A stretch of DNA of 64,000 bases from Prasinococcaceae sp. CCMP 1430 (lineage: Eukaryota > Plantae > Prasinodermophyta): assembly GCA_013416795.1 (NCBI GenBank), contig RQSC01000152.1:1-64000 (forward strand), given 5' to 3'. How positions within the stretch are numbered: the stretch's first letter is position 1; the number at the start of each line of letters is the position of its first letter. Below the pieces are notes generated by a model. The model saw only the letters and a list, made by a program, of their open reading frames with translations. It was not told the origin of the DNA and made no database searches. This document shows, in pieces, positions 51,501 through 60,732 of this stretch. A program made the translations under genes and the position numbers.

Positions 51501-52292
51501 CTAGCTAGAGTCGGTGTGGGCACCGGCGTTAGCCTGCTTCCACGTGATGGCCTCGATGAGGTTGGCGGCGGCGTGCGCGACCGCTGCGGACATGATCGAG
51601 CCGCTCGCGAGCGCCGCCACACCATATGCAGCGCCTGCCGCGCCAGCGAACGCTGCGAACGCCGCGTTGCGGCCGCCATTGTTGTGGAGCACGCCAAACA
51701 CCGCTGCGGCGACCAGCACGCCGCGCATGTCTGCTCCCACCGCAGGCATGAGCGCGCCGCGGAACAGGAGCTCCTCCGCCAGCCCGGGTAGACACGCCAC
51801 CACCACTGCGTCCACCGCCGACAGAGGCGTGAGCACCTGTGTGAGTGAGCGCTCCGACGCGGCCGCGTAATCGGGCACCGACGCTTTCACGGCACGGCGC
51901 GACACCGTCACCAACGTGGCGGCTGCGACCCCCACTCCGAGCACCACCGCCGTGTTGGACTCGCCAAGCCCCAGCGCGACGTCATGCGTATCCCCCAGCG
52001 CGGGCACGCCCTTGGCATATGCGAGGTGCCCCCCCTCCCGCAGCAGCGCGCCCAGCACTGACAGCGTTGCGCAGCTCGACAGGCACGCCTCGACCACCCG
52101 TTCGCGGCCCACAGCCGGCAGCGCGTCGGGGTCATCGAGGCCACCGCTTTCCGCTTCGGCCGCTTTGCCTGTTTTGGCGGGGGAGTTCGGCACGGCGGCC
52201 TCATCGGCCTGGGCGGGCGCTTCGCTTGCGCCGCTGGCGCCGCCCCCGCTCCCGCCGCCACCGCCGCCGCCGCCGCCGCCAAAGCCCCCCCC
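51501..52292 (-). CDS. CPBP/Abi (CAAX protease type II) intramembrane protease family protein, 5' truncated at the N
   Basis: PGLAEELLFRG (EExxFR), FGVLH and AVAHAAAN are the three CPBP motifs. A Gly-rich linker runs into the N at 52293. Confidence 0.88.
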   Translation of the reverse strand, partial: GGGFGGGGGGGGGGSGGGASGASEAPAQADEAAVPNSPAKTGKAAEAESGGLDDPDALPAVGRERVVEACLSSCATLSVLGALLREGGHLAYAKGVPALGDTHDVALGLGESNTAVVLGVGVAAATLVTVSRRAVKASVPDYAAASERSLTQVLTPLSAVDAVVVACLPGLAEELLFRGALMPAVGADMRGVLVAAAVFGVLHNNGGRNAAFAAFAGAAGAAYGVAALASGSIMSAAVAHAAANLIEAITWKQANAGAHTDSS

Positions 52293-52356
52293 NCACATGC
52301 CAGACACATACGACTACCACATGCCAGACATATACAACCAAACTCCACACTGAGAC

Positions 52357-52944
52357 ATGAGACATACCGTACATTCATGCTTGACGACTTCGCTTCATGC
52401 AACCAATACGCATCCTTTTGAACCTTCGGCGGGGGACGGCGGGTTGTGCGAGGTGGCTGCGGCGGTCCGCGCGCACGTCGCCGAGCTGCAGGGGCTGGAC
52501 ATGCCCGCAGAGGAGGTGCGCCTGCTGCTCCTTGCGACGCCGCCGCTCGGCGCGGACTACGGCGGCCTCGCGCTACAGGCGGCGTACGGCGTGGCTATGG
52601 GCGCTGGGGAGGGCGATGACGTACCAGCACTCGCCGGCGCTCTCGACGCCGAGGGCGTGGGCTCAGGCGAGCTCGTTGCCGTCGAGAGCATGCTCGCGCA
52701 GCTGGTGCGAGACCGCCGTGAGGTCATTGAGAGCGAGGAAGCGCAGGCAGTCGACACGCCTCTGCTCAACAATGCTGTCGTCGACTCCCTCGACCTCGAC
52801 GAGGAGCAGAAGCAATCGCTCTTCCCGCTGGTGCAGTCGATCTTCGACAAGGGTTATGCCGTCGCAGTTTGGTCGGGCGTCCTGGGCGCTGTGGGGTTCA
52901 TCACGCTGATGAATAACCTGATCATGAGTTCGCGCCCTCAGTGA
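52357..52944 (+). CDS. Uncharacterised membrane protein, probably a 3' fragment
   Basis: GC3-biased from about 52430. C-terminal hydrophobic helix YAVAVWSGVLGAVGFITLMNNLI. TGTAA at 52997. No convincing start. Confidence 0.55.
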   Translation: MRHTVHSCLTTSLHATNTHPFEPSAGDGGLCEVAAAVRAHVAELQGLDMPAEEVRLLLLATPPLGADYGGLALQAAYGVAMGAGEGDDVPALAGALDAEGVGSGELVAVESMLAQLVRDRREVIESEEAQAVDTPLLNNAVVDSLDLDEEQKQSLFPLVQSIFDKGYAVAVWSGVLGAVGFITLMNNLIMSSRPQ

Positions 52945-53080
52945 CCGAGGGCGGGGCGCGCGAGGCGTTGATCGGTGACGAGACCACGTGCCCACATGTA
53001 ATTTGACCGTAGCCAAGGGGCGCGAGAGTGTACTGCGTGGTTGTCTCTAGCTAGCTCTAGCGAGAGGGTCTCTCTACTAG

Positions 53081-53321
53081 CTAGCTGGCCTCAGCAAACT
53101 GTTGGAGAGCGAGCGCCCACACGCGGCGCAGCAACACGACGTCCAGTGGCGCGGGCGTGTCGACATCCTTGAGGTCCATTGTCGCGAGCAGCTTTTGGAG
53201 TACTCGTCGAGCACATCTCCATCCAAATTCCCTGCGCTTGGGAAGAATGATGAGCAAACGTGGCGTTTCGCGCACCGGAGCTCGTGGTGGTTCCCCGAGA
53301 GCTGGCGCTTACACGCGCTGC
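53081..53321 (-). pseudogene. Possible spliced gene fragment with an apparent frameshift
   Basis: Acceptor and donor sites bound a segment reading SACKRQLSGNHHEL, followed by GDVLDEYSK and then LLATMDLKDVDTPAPLDVVLLRRVWALALQQFAEAS* in a shifted frame. No start found before the G-tract. Confidence 0.25.
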
Positions 53322-53496
53322 CTGCAGCCGGATGCAGCACTTAGGGAGCGCCGCGGGCGCACGCGCAGGCGCAGGTGCAGGGAAGAGGTGCGGCGCCTCG
53401 CGGGGGCGAGCCACAGCGTAGCGTGACACGGCGTGGCGCAGGTCACTAACGCGGGACGACGTGAGCACGGGCGCGCGGCGGGGGTGGGTGGGGAGA

Positions 53497-53511
53497 GGGG
53501 GGGGGGGGGAA

Positions 53512-53563
<52 letters not shown>
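53497..53563. repeat. About 67-nt G homopolymer (one AA interruption)
   Basis: Seen directly, 23 nt upstream of the GNAT ATG. Confidence 0.93.
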
Positions 53564-53565
<2 letters not shown>

Positions 53566-53586
53566 AAGAGACCACGGATAGCGGCG

Positions 53587-54420
53587 ATGGCGGCAGTGGC
53601 GCCGGCCGCGATGACGATGGCGATGTCCGCCGGCCCCGGCGGCAGCCGCGACGCGTCCGCTGGCGTGCGCGTGGAGGTGCTCACACCGGCTCGCTTCGAG
53701 GGCGCGGCGAAGGTCTTCAACGACTTCATGTCGCGCGGTAAGGGAGGGTGCGTTGGGCTCTGCCCGTACTCGTGGTGCCCGATGTCGACCGATGACTTCA
53801 GCAAGCTGTACAGAGAGTACCCTGACACGCTCTCGACGACGGCTGTGGCCGTGCGCGAGGCGGATGACGCCGTGGTCGGCACTATTCGCCTATCCGTGTA
53901 TGGCCAACCACGCAGCAGCGGAGATGAGGAGATACACAAGCTGAAACCTGGCGAGGTATGCGCTGTCAGCCTCCGTGCTTGGGCGCTGACTTCATGATGC
54001 CTCCGCGCCCGTCGCTTTGGCCTAGCTAGACTTCCTGCGATGGTTGCGCATTGAGATAGTGTACAGTACTGTACTGTATATGTGCAGCACTGACAGGGTT
54101 GGCCGTGCCGCCCACCTCGACGCGGCTTGACACAGGCCTACATCGAGAGCGCGGCCGTTCTTCCAGCGGCGCGTGGCGCTGGCATCGGCACGAGGTTCCT
54201 GCACTGGTGTGAGGACGTGGCGAGGCAGCGAGGCGCTACAGTCCTCACGCTCGCAGTCGTGAACGGAAACCCTGCCCGGCGGCTCTACGAGCGCTTCGGC
54301 TTCGTGGAAAGGCCTGAGGATAGATGCGAGAGCTGCGTTGGCGCGTATTACAGCGCTTGCTTGATCGGCCTGCCGCATGGTCGCTGTGGTGCCGCGGTCA
54401 TGGAGAAGGAGCTCGCATAA
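53587..54420 (+). CDS. GNAT family N-acetyltransferase; intron 53956-54135
   Basis: Spliced KPGE-AYIESAAVLPAARGAGIGTRFL (motif A R/QxxGxG), then LTLAVVNGNPARRLYERFGF (motif B). Confidence 0.92.
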
Positions 54421-54506
54421 GGGCCTCGAAGACCAAGCTATCAGGCGCGGGAGCTCAGAGTCGCGGCGGTGGTCACTCCATAATAAGACTCACTGGGCAA
54501 ACATGT

Positions 54507-56897
54507 TCATACGTAGTCCGGGCGGCTCTCGGCCTCCTGCAGCCCTCTTCGATAGGTACGCCGCCCCTTCTTGCTACTCCTACGCGCTGACGCGGCCATG
54601 TCGGCTCGTCCGGCGCCTGCAGCCGACGGCGCGCCCTCACGCCCACCCCCCTGGGACGCATCGCGCGAAGAGACTCCGTTGACGCTGGGCCCGGCTGCAA
54701 CGGCGCCACTCCTCTCCAGCACCTCTCTGGCAATTTCGAGGTGCTTCTCGGTGCACGTCTTCATCTCTTTGATCGCCCCTCCGCGGATAGGGCCGGTGAG
54801 CAGGTTGCAGCCTTGTAGGAAGTCCACGCCGCTCTCCGCCTCGACGTCCAGCTGAATGCTATCTTCGCCGCCCTCGCGGACAGCCTTACTCCCTCCACCA
54901 GTGGCAGAGCCGCTGCTGGGTTGCACGCGCCAGCGCGTGCACACCACGAAGCGATTGCCGCATGGGACGTCATGTGCCATGGAGCCCTCCTCGTACACGA
55001 GCGCGCCCTCGTCTTCGTACGCCCGTTGTACCTTGGTAACGCGCGTGGCTTTCTCACCGACGACCTTCTTGATCGCCCGCAGCACCGTGAGACGCCGCGC
55101 CCCGCTCGTCAGCATCGCACGTGCAGTCTCTGGCGTAAGTGGCTCGTTGCCCTCCTCGGAGAGCTCCTGTTCCAAGTGTGCCTCGTCGAACGTGTCGTCC
55201 GCGTTGTCTTCCCGCTTCCAACGCGACCACCGCACGTCGAACTCCTTGAAGTGGTCATTGTACCTTGTGACCGCGGGGCCTGCGAACGCCGCCGCGAAGA
55301 AGGTCGAGAGCGCGGCCTGGTTGTCTCTCGCGCGAATGTCAACGGCGCGGGGAGCGCACAGGACGGGCTTGAGCTCGCTCGGTCGCATGGTTATCACGCT
55401 GCCGCGACGGAGTCGCGACCGCAGGTCCGCGGCAGCGACGGCGGCCTTAGAGAGAGCCCTCTGTGCATCTGCTTCGCTCGCTTCCCCCTCGTCGCCTGCG
55501 CCCAGCGCTGCTCCGTCGGTTCCCGATTCCTCGCCAAAGTTGACGTCAAATTGCGCGGACATCGCCCGCTCGACAGCGCCGATCGCGTGTTTCACGCCGC
55601 GCACCTCATCGGCGAGAAGGTGCGCTGGCTTCGAGGCCGCGCGCCCCAGTGCCGCTGCCCCTGCGGCGGCCGCGCCGCCTATTGCCGCCTGTGCACGCCC
55701 ACGACCGCGGCGCCCTCGCTTGTCGCGCGACTCGCGCTCATCCCGGCGCTTCTTGGCCGCGGCAGTGTGCAGCTTCGACCACGCTTTCTTGAGGATGCGG
55801 AACGCCCGGCGTGGCGGCAGCCTGTTGCCAACGAAGCCGATTTCGATGTCGATGGCCTCCGCGCGTGCGTTCGCGACGACCAGCCGCACACCGGCGACGT
55901 TGGGCGCGCATCCGCCCGGGAAAAGTTTGGCGCTGAAGAGATCCACGGAGAGGACCGACGCCAGTCGCACCTCGATCAGCACGCGCTCATCCTCTGTGCA
56001 CATCAGCGGCTCCCCAATGGACAACGCTCGCGCCTGTGCGCGGACCATGGCGAGGGCGGGAGCTGGGCTGTCAGCTAATTACCTACGGCACGCCGGCGCG
56101 TGTCCCGCAGGCACGCAAGCTCGATCTGAGGCTACCTTCGCGCCCATCGCAATGCGCACCTTGAGGACGGCCGTCGCGAAGTCCTCCGGCTCCGTATGGA
56201 TGCACAAAACCTTGTTCGTCGCCACGACGTTGCAGCCTCGCCACGGAAGGCGCCGGTTGACGCGTACCACGGCCTCGTGCACGCCACACTTGAGGATCAC
56301 GTCCATAAGCGCCGCCTGAGAGTGCTCGGACTCAGCGACATTGAGCATCTCGTCGTGATGGATATCCGTATCACCAACGCCCGTCTGCGCCCCCTCCCTC
56401 CCAGGGTACGTCCCAAAGCGCACGGCGGAGCCAGCCCGCCCTTCGCCATCGCGATACACGCTCCTGACGTCCCCACCCCCCGTGCGCCTGTCGATCGCAG
56501 GCGGGATGACGTCTCCGCTATCCGCGGAGGACCTATGGAAGAGTGCGCTAAGTGTACTATTCTTGCTCAGGTTGCTATCTCCACCTTCGGCTCGCCCGAG
56601 ATCGGCGCGCAGCAGCATGTCAATGGCGCCCACGCGCCACGCGACGTAGCACGCCGCTGCCGCCAGCAGAGCCAGCATTCCCAGCAAGACGACGTGCCCC
56701 GGCCAGCCAAAAACTGCCTGCTTCACCGCGCCCCCTCCCCCGAGCACGACATCCCCACTCATTGGGGAATCGTCTGTAGGTGTGTCAGCCTCCATCGGTG
56801 GCGGCAGCCCCCACCAGCCGAGCCACCAGCCCTGCCAATGCCAGTAATCAAACCAGTCTGAGACCACGACGGCGGCCATGGCTCCTAGCTCGCCCAT
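54507..56897 (-). CDS. Membrane-anchored protein with a C-terminal VASt (StART-like, LAM/GRAMD1/VAD1-type) domain; intron 56034-56135
   Basis: N-terminal TM (VVLLGMLALLAAAACYVAW). C-terminal RWSRW...RRLT...TRVTKVQR...HDVPCGNRFVVCTRW...VDF...LTGPIRGGA has VASt features. Phase 0 intron GTAGCC...CAG. Confidence 0.7.
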
Positions 56898-57687
56898 CGA
56901 CGACGCGAAGTTGCGCCTTGTGGCCTCGTGCCCGCATGCAGCCGCGGGACCTGCACTACGAAGTATACCGCGCAGTGCGGACAGAGCGACGCAGTGCGAG
57001 CGGCGTGGACACGCAGCCACCGCTGACCGGGCCAGCGACGGCCGTTGCGGGACGTCGCCTTCCGTGCGTGCTCCGACCCGCACCCTCGCGTGCGTGCCGT
57101 GTGGCGCGCACCGCACCCGCGGCACGCTGCCGTCGCGATCCGTAGGCGGCGCGCAAAAAAGCGCGCAGCGAGGCTGCGTGCGGAATATAATGCCCCGCCC
57201 GTCAGCAGCGCGGCGTGCCTCGCCGCGCCTCGCAGCGCCTCGCGGCGCGGCACGCACCTTGACCCCGCCCCCGCCGTCGCAGGCATCCTCCCCCTGGTGG
57301 CGGCGGCCGCGCCCCACACCAGCTGAGCCCCTGAGGCACGCCTCGGCCCCGCGGCCGCGCCAAGGGCGGACCCAAACCAACAAAGAGGCGCCCGACGGCG
57401 CCCCGTACCATCATATGGTACACAGCCCGGAAAAGTCCACTCCTCCGGGGCGCCAATCTGACCCTGTTTGATGGCCGGCGCAGAGCGAATGCCGCGAGTT
57501 AGGCGGCTGCAGAGGCTCAACGTCGAGGTTTATGATACCACGGGCCTGGCGCATGTTCGCGTTCGCGCACATTCGCGGTCGCGAGCGTCGCGTTCGCGAG
57601 CGTCGCGCTCGCGTTCGCGTTCGTGCGCATGCGCGCGCGCACGTGCGAGGGGCAGGCGCGAGGCCGCAAGGGCGCGTGCGGCCTTGC

Positions 57688-58944
57688 TCATGGGCTCTGC
57701 TCCTCGTCGACGACGATGAAGTCCAGCCACGCCTCGTCGCCCTCCCCGGCGCGCAAGTCGAAGGCCTCCACGCACACATGGCCGCCCGCGGCCGTGCGCA
57801 GCGCGTCCCCGAAGCCACCCTCGCCGCCCTCGTGATCGTCACCCTCGCCATTGTCATCAGCCGCCGCACCGCCGCCCGCCGCCGCAGTCTTGCGTGCGTC
57901 CGGCGGTGCGGCCGCAGCTGCGGCCGCGGCGGCGTGCGCGGCTGCGCGTAGCTCGGGAGGCACACTCACGGCAGCCCCGCCCGCGACAATGGCAACCCAC
58001 GCGGCCGCGCCGCCCCAAAGGGACAGCCTCGGAAGGGCATCGACGAGGGCGCACGCGGTGGACTCAATGCCGCCATCGCCGCCGATGTCAACGTCTCCAA
58101 CCAGGTCCTCCGCGCTTTGCAACGCGCCTGCGAGCGTCAGTCGAGGTCGCCGTCGCCCTGCGCCCTGCGCGGCGCCGTCGCGCCCCGCCGATGCCGAACC
58201 ACGCAGCACGTGCAGCGAGAGGACGCGGCCAACGCCAAAAGGCGCGGTGCTGCTAATGAAGGGGTGTGCGCGTAGCGCAGGGTGGGATGACGTGTCAGCA
58301 CGCGCCAGCGCCAGGGCGATTGGTGCACGCGAGCGAGACGCGCCCGCACTCGACGCGCGAGCGCACCTGCTCACGTCTGCATCCTTTGCCTGTGCGAAAA
58401 AGCTGCGCATGCGGTCACTGCATGCGAGCGACTCGCGCGCTGCTCGCGCCAGCGGGCCACCGAGGAATTCGAGCAAACACCCGCTCGACCGCTTCGCCGA
58501 GCCCAACCGTCGCCGCGCCGCGAGGCGCCGCGCGCGCGCCGAGCATGCCGCGGAACGGGCCGCCCCGAGTGCGGTGCGCTCTGTGGGTGCGTCGCCTCCC
58601 TCCTCAGGGGCGCTGGCCTGCTCGCTCGCGCGCTCTCCCACGTCGCCTTTGCGAGGGCTCTCACTCGCGTGGCGATCGCTATCGGCCTCGCCGCTATCTA
58701 CATGGTCGGTGTCCGCGCCGGCTCGCCCACCCCCCGGCTCGTTCGCCTGCGCACTCCCGCGCTGCACATGCCGGGGCAGCAGCACGCACGCGAGAGCGCG
58801 CGCTGCCGCTGCCACCTCCGGCGGAGCACCGCGAGGCACCAGCCAAGGCGCGAGAGCTGTGGCAGCCTCTGTCGTTGCCGCCCCGGCCATCTGGCCCGCC
58901 AGGCCCTGCGGTGGCAGCGGCGCTCGTGTGGGCTCGGGCGCCAT
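57688..58944 (-). CDS. Hypothetical protein (probably with in-frame introns)
   Basis: Long open frame with GC3-biased blocks (LAPWLVPRG, LLEFLGGPL, VGRVLSLHVLRG, AWLDFIVVD) separated by (CG)n-rich intron-like stretches. No family recognised. Confidence 0.5.
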   Translation of the reverse strand: MAPEPTRAPLPPQGLAGQMAGAATTEAATALAPWLVPRGAPPEVAAAARALACVLLPRHVQRGSAQANEPGGGRAGADTDHVDSGEADSDRHASESPRKGDVGERASEQASAPEEGGDAPTERTALGAARSAACSARARRLAARRRLGSAKRSSGCLLEFLGGPLARAARESLACSDRMRSFFAQAKDADVSRCARASSAGASRSRAPIALALARADTSSHPALRAHPFISSTAPFGVGRVLSLHVLRGSASAGRDGAAQGAGRRRPRLTLAGALQSAEDLVGDVDIGGDGGIESTACALVDALPRLSLWGGAAAWVAIVAGGAAVSVPPELRAAAHAAAAAAAAAPPDARKTAAAGGGAAADDNGEGDDHEGGEGGFGDALRTAAGGHVCVEAFDLRAGEGDEAWLDFIVVDEEQSP

Positions 58945-59062
58945 CGCGGTGTGCTGTGGCGCGCCGCGAGCGGCTCGCCCGCCTGCTCAGTGCCGAGTGA
59001 TCAGCGACCCTGATTGCCACCTGGGGTCCGGACGTCCGATCTCAACAAAAAAAATCATTGGG

Positions 59063-59071
59063 TTAGGGTTT
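59063..59071 (-). promoter_or_regulatory. Telo-box (AAACCCTAA) about 120 nt upstream of the 58944 start
   Basis: Exact telo-box on the minus strand, with a second partial copy (GGTAGGGTT) 5 nt away. The telo-box is an established green-lineage promoter element. Confidence 0.45.
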
Positions 59072-59123
59072 GTGGTAGGGTTCCATTCGCTGCTACCAAA
59101 GACTGGTGTGTCGTTGCTTTAGT

Positions 59124-60417
59124 CTAGAGAGTTGCTGCTCGTGCGACCCTGGACGCCTCGTCGTCCCCGAGCACAAGCGCCGCGAGACTGTCCACCACGC
59201 ACACGCCAGGCGCACGCATCGCCTCCGCGTGGCTAGTAACGCCAGTCAATGCGAGCACGGTGGCACCACACCCCAGCGCAGCACCGAGCGCTGCGTCCGT
59301 GTCGAGCCGGTCGCCAATGCACACGCTCGTCCGAGGCTCAACGCCGGCAGCGCGCACGAGGTCGCACATGAGCTCCGAGGGCTTGCCACACACCGCATCA
59401 GGTGGCCGGCCGGTCACTGCTGTGATGTATGCCGCGAGAGCGCCAGCACCGGGCATCAATCTGACAGGGCGCGTGGGCGCGCGAGTAGACGCCCATTGCC
59501 TGCAGCGTCAGATGCGAGCACGCGTGATGCAGCGCACGCGTGTCGCGCTCGCTCGTCTGCCCTCTCTCTCGCGCACACGCATTCGAATGTGCACGCACCG
59601 TCCGCCCGGGAGCGCATCGCAGCTGTCGGCGTTTGTGAGGATATAATCGGCACCATCGCATATCGCCGCCGTCGCCTCGCACAGCTGGCGATAGGAAAAG
59701 TCGGCGGGGGCACCGACGACGACGGCGGCATAGCGCTGCGGCGCCAGCGTACTGAGCTCGGTGACGGGCATTGCAGCGGGCGCGGAAGGGTCGCGGCGGA
59801 CAACCTTCCGCGGACGCGTGAACGAGCGCACATGAGCGTATGCGTGCGCGTCAGAGGCGAGCGAACCGGCCATGCCCACAGGCGGGCGCACTAGCACATG
59901 CGCCGCATCTCATGCACACGCGAACCTTGATCCCGGCTAGCTCGAGCTCCTCGGCGGTCCCTTCGTCCGCGAGCACGAGCACCTCGTCGGCCGGTGAAAG
60001 CGGCGGATCACGCACGCGCGCGAGGTAGTGCGCCGCTGCAAAGCTTGCCGTCACCACGTCGGTGTGTGCGTCGAGCTCGTCGGCGTCCAGCTGCATCAGC
60101 TCGGCGATCTTGAGGGCGGCGGCCGCTCGGCTCTTGGAGGAATTGTTGGTCACGAAGACGGTCCTCACGCCGGAGGAGCGTAGGGCTGCGAGCGCCTCGC
60201 GCGCTCCGGGGAGCGGCTCTGCGCCGCGCCACAGGACGCCGTCGCAGTCAAGCACGGCATGCGTTAGCTCTCGGAGCTCCGTGTGCCCGAGCCGCTGGAG
60301 GACCAGCTCGGCGCCGCGCGCCTCTGCGGTTCTGCGCGCGTCGGCGGCGCCGGCAGCGGCGGCGGGCGAGCCGCCGCTGCGCGCAGCGGGCGCGCGCGCC
60401 GCCGCGTGCCTACACAT
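59124..60417 (-). CDS. HAD subfamily IIA phosphatase (phosphoglycolate/pyridoxal-phosphate phosphatase-like); introns 59805-59925 and 59461-59598
   Basis: VLDCDGVLW (DxDG), FVTNNSSKSR, ILTNAD, spliced GR-LMPGAGAL, GKP and IGDRLDTD...LTGVTS. Confidence 0.93.
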
Positions 60418-60732
60418 CCGAGCGGCCCGCCCCGCCCCACCGATGTGCTTGAGTGTGCCGAGCGGGGCGAAGGCGGTGTGGCGGCGCTCGCTCGCTCGCT
60501 CGCGCCTTGGATAAGGACTTTCTACCCGAACCATTTTAGGGTAGGGGTATTAAACAGGGTTCGAATCTGGGCGGTTCCGGTCCGGCCGCGATCGGTGGTG
60601 CCGCGAGCGAGCTGGCGCGACTGATCGCGCACCCGGGGAGAGCGGTTTATCAGCGCTGCGCTTCCCGTTTCGCTGGCGCGTTCCGCGATTTTTCCCGGCG
60701 CCCCCGACGGCGCACAGGTGTGCCACGCACCC

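Noticed and set aside
53247-53253. ATGATGA box C motif
   Set aside because: No box D (CTGA) or terminal stem within ~100 nt downstream, so not a C/D snoRNA.
8627-59925. Introner-like repeated introns or nucleosome-quantised intron lengths
   Set aside because: Introns share only short donor and branch motifs, not extended sequence. Lengths (92-492 nt) look continuous by eye.
60535-60547. TTTAGGG telomere-like word (similar partial words near 4230, 38800 and 42570)
   Set aside because: Single copies only, so not an interstitial telomere or telomerase template. At most telo-box-like.
60558-60567. GGTTCGAATC, a tRNA T-loop/B-box-like word
   Set aside because: No acceptor, D or anticodon stems can be folded around it.
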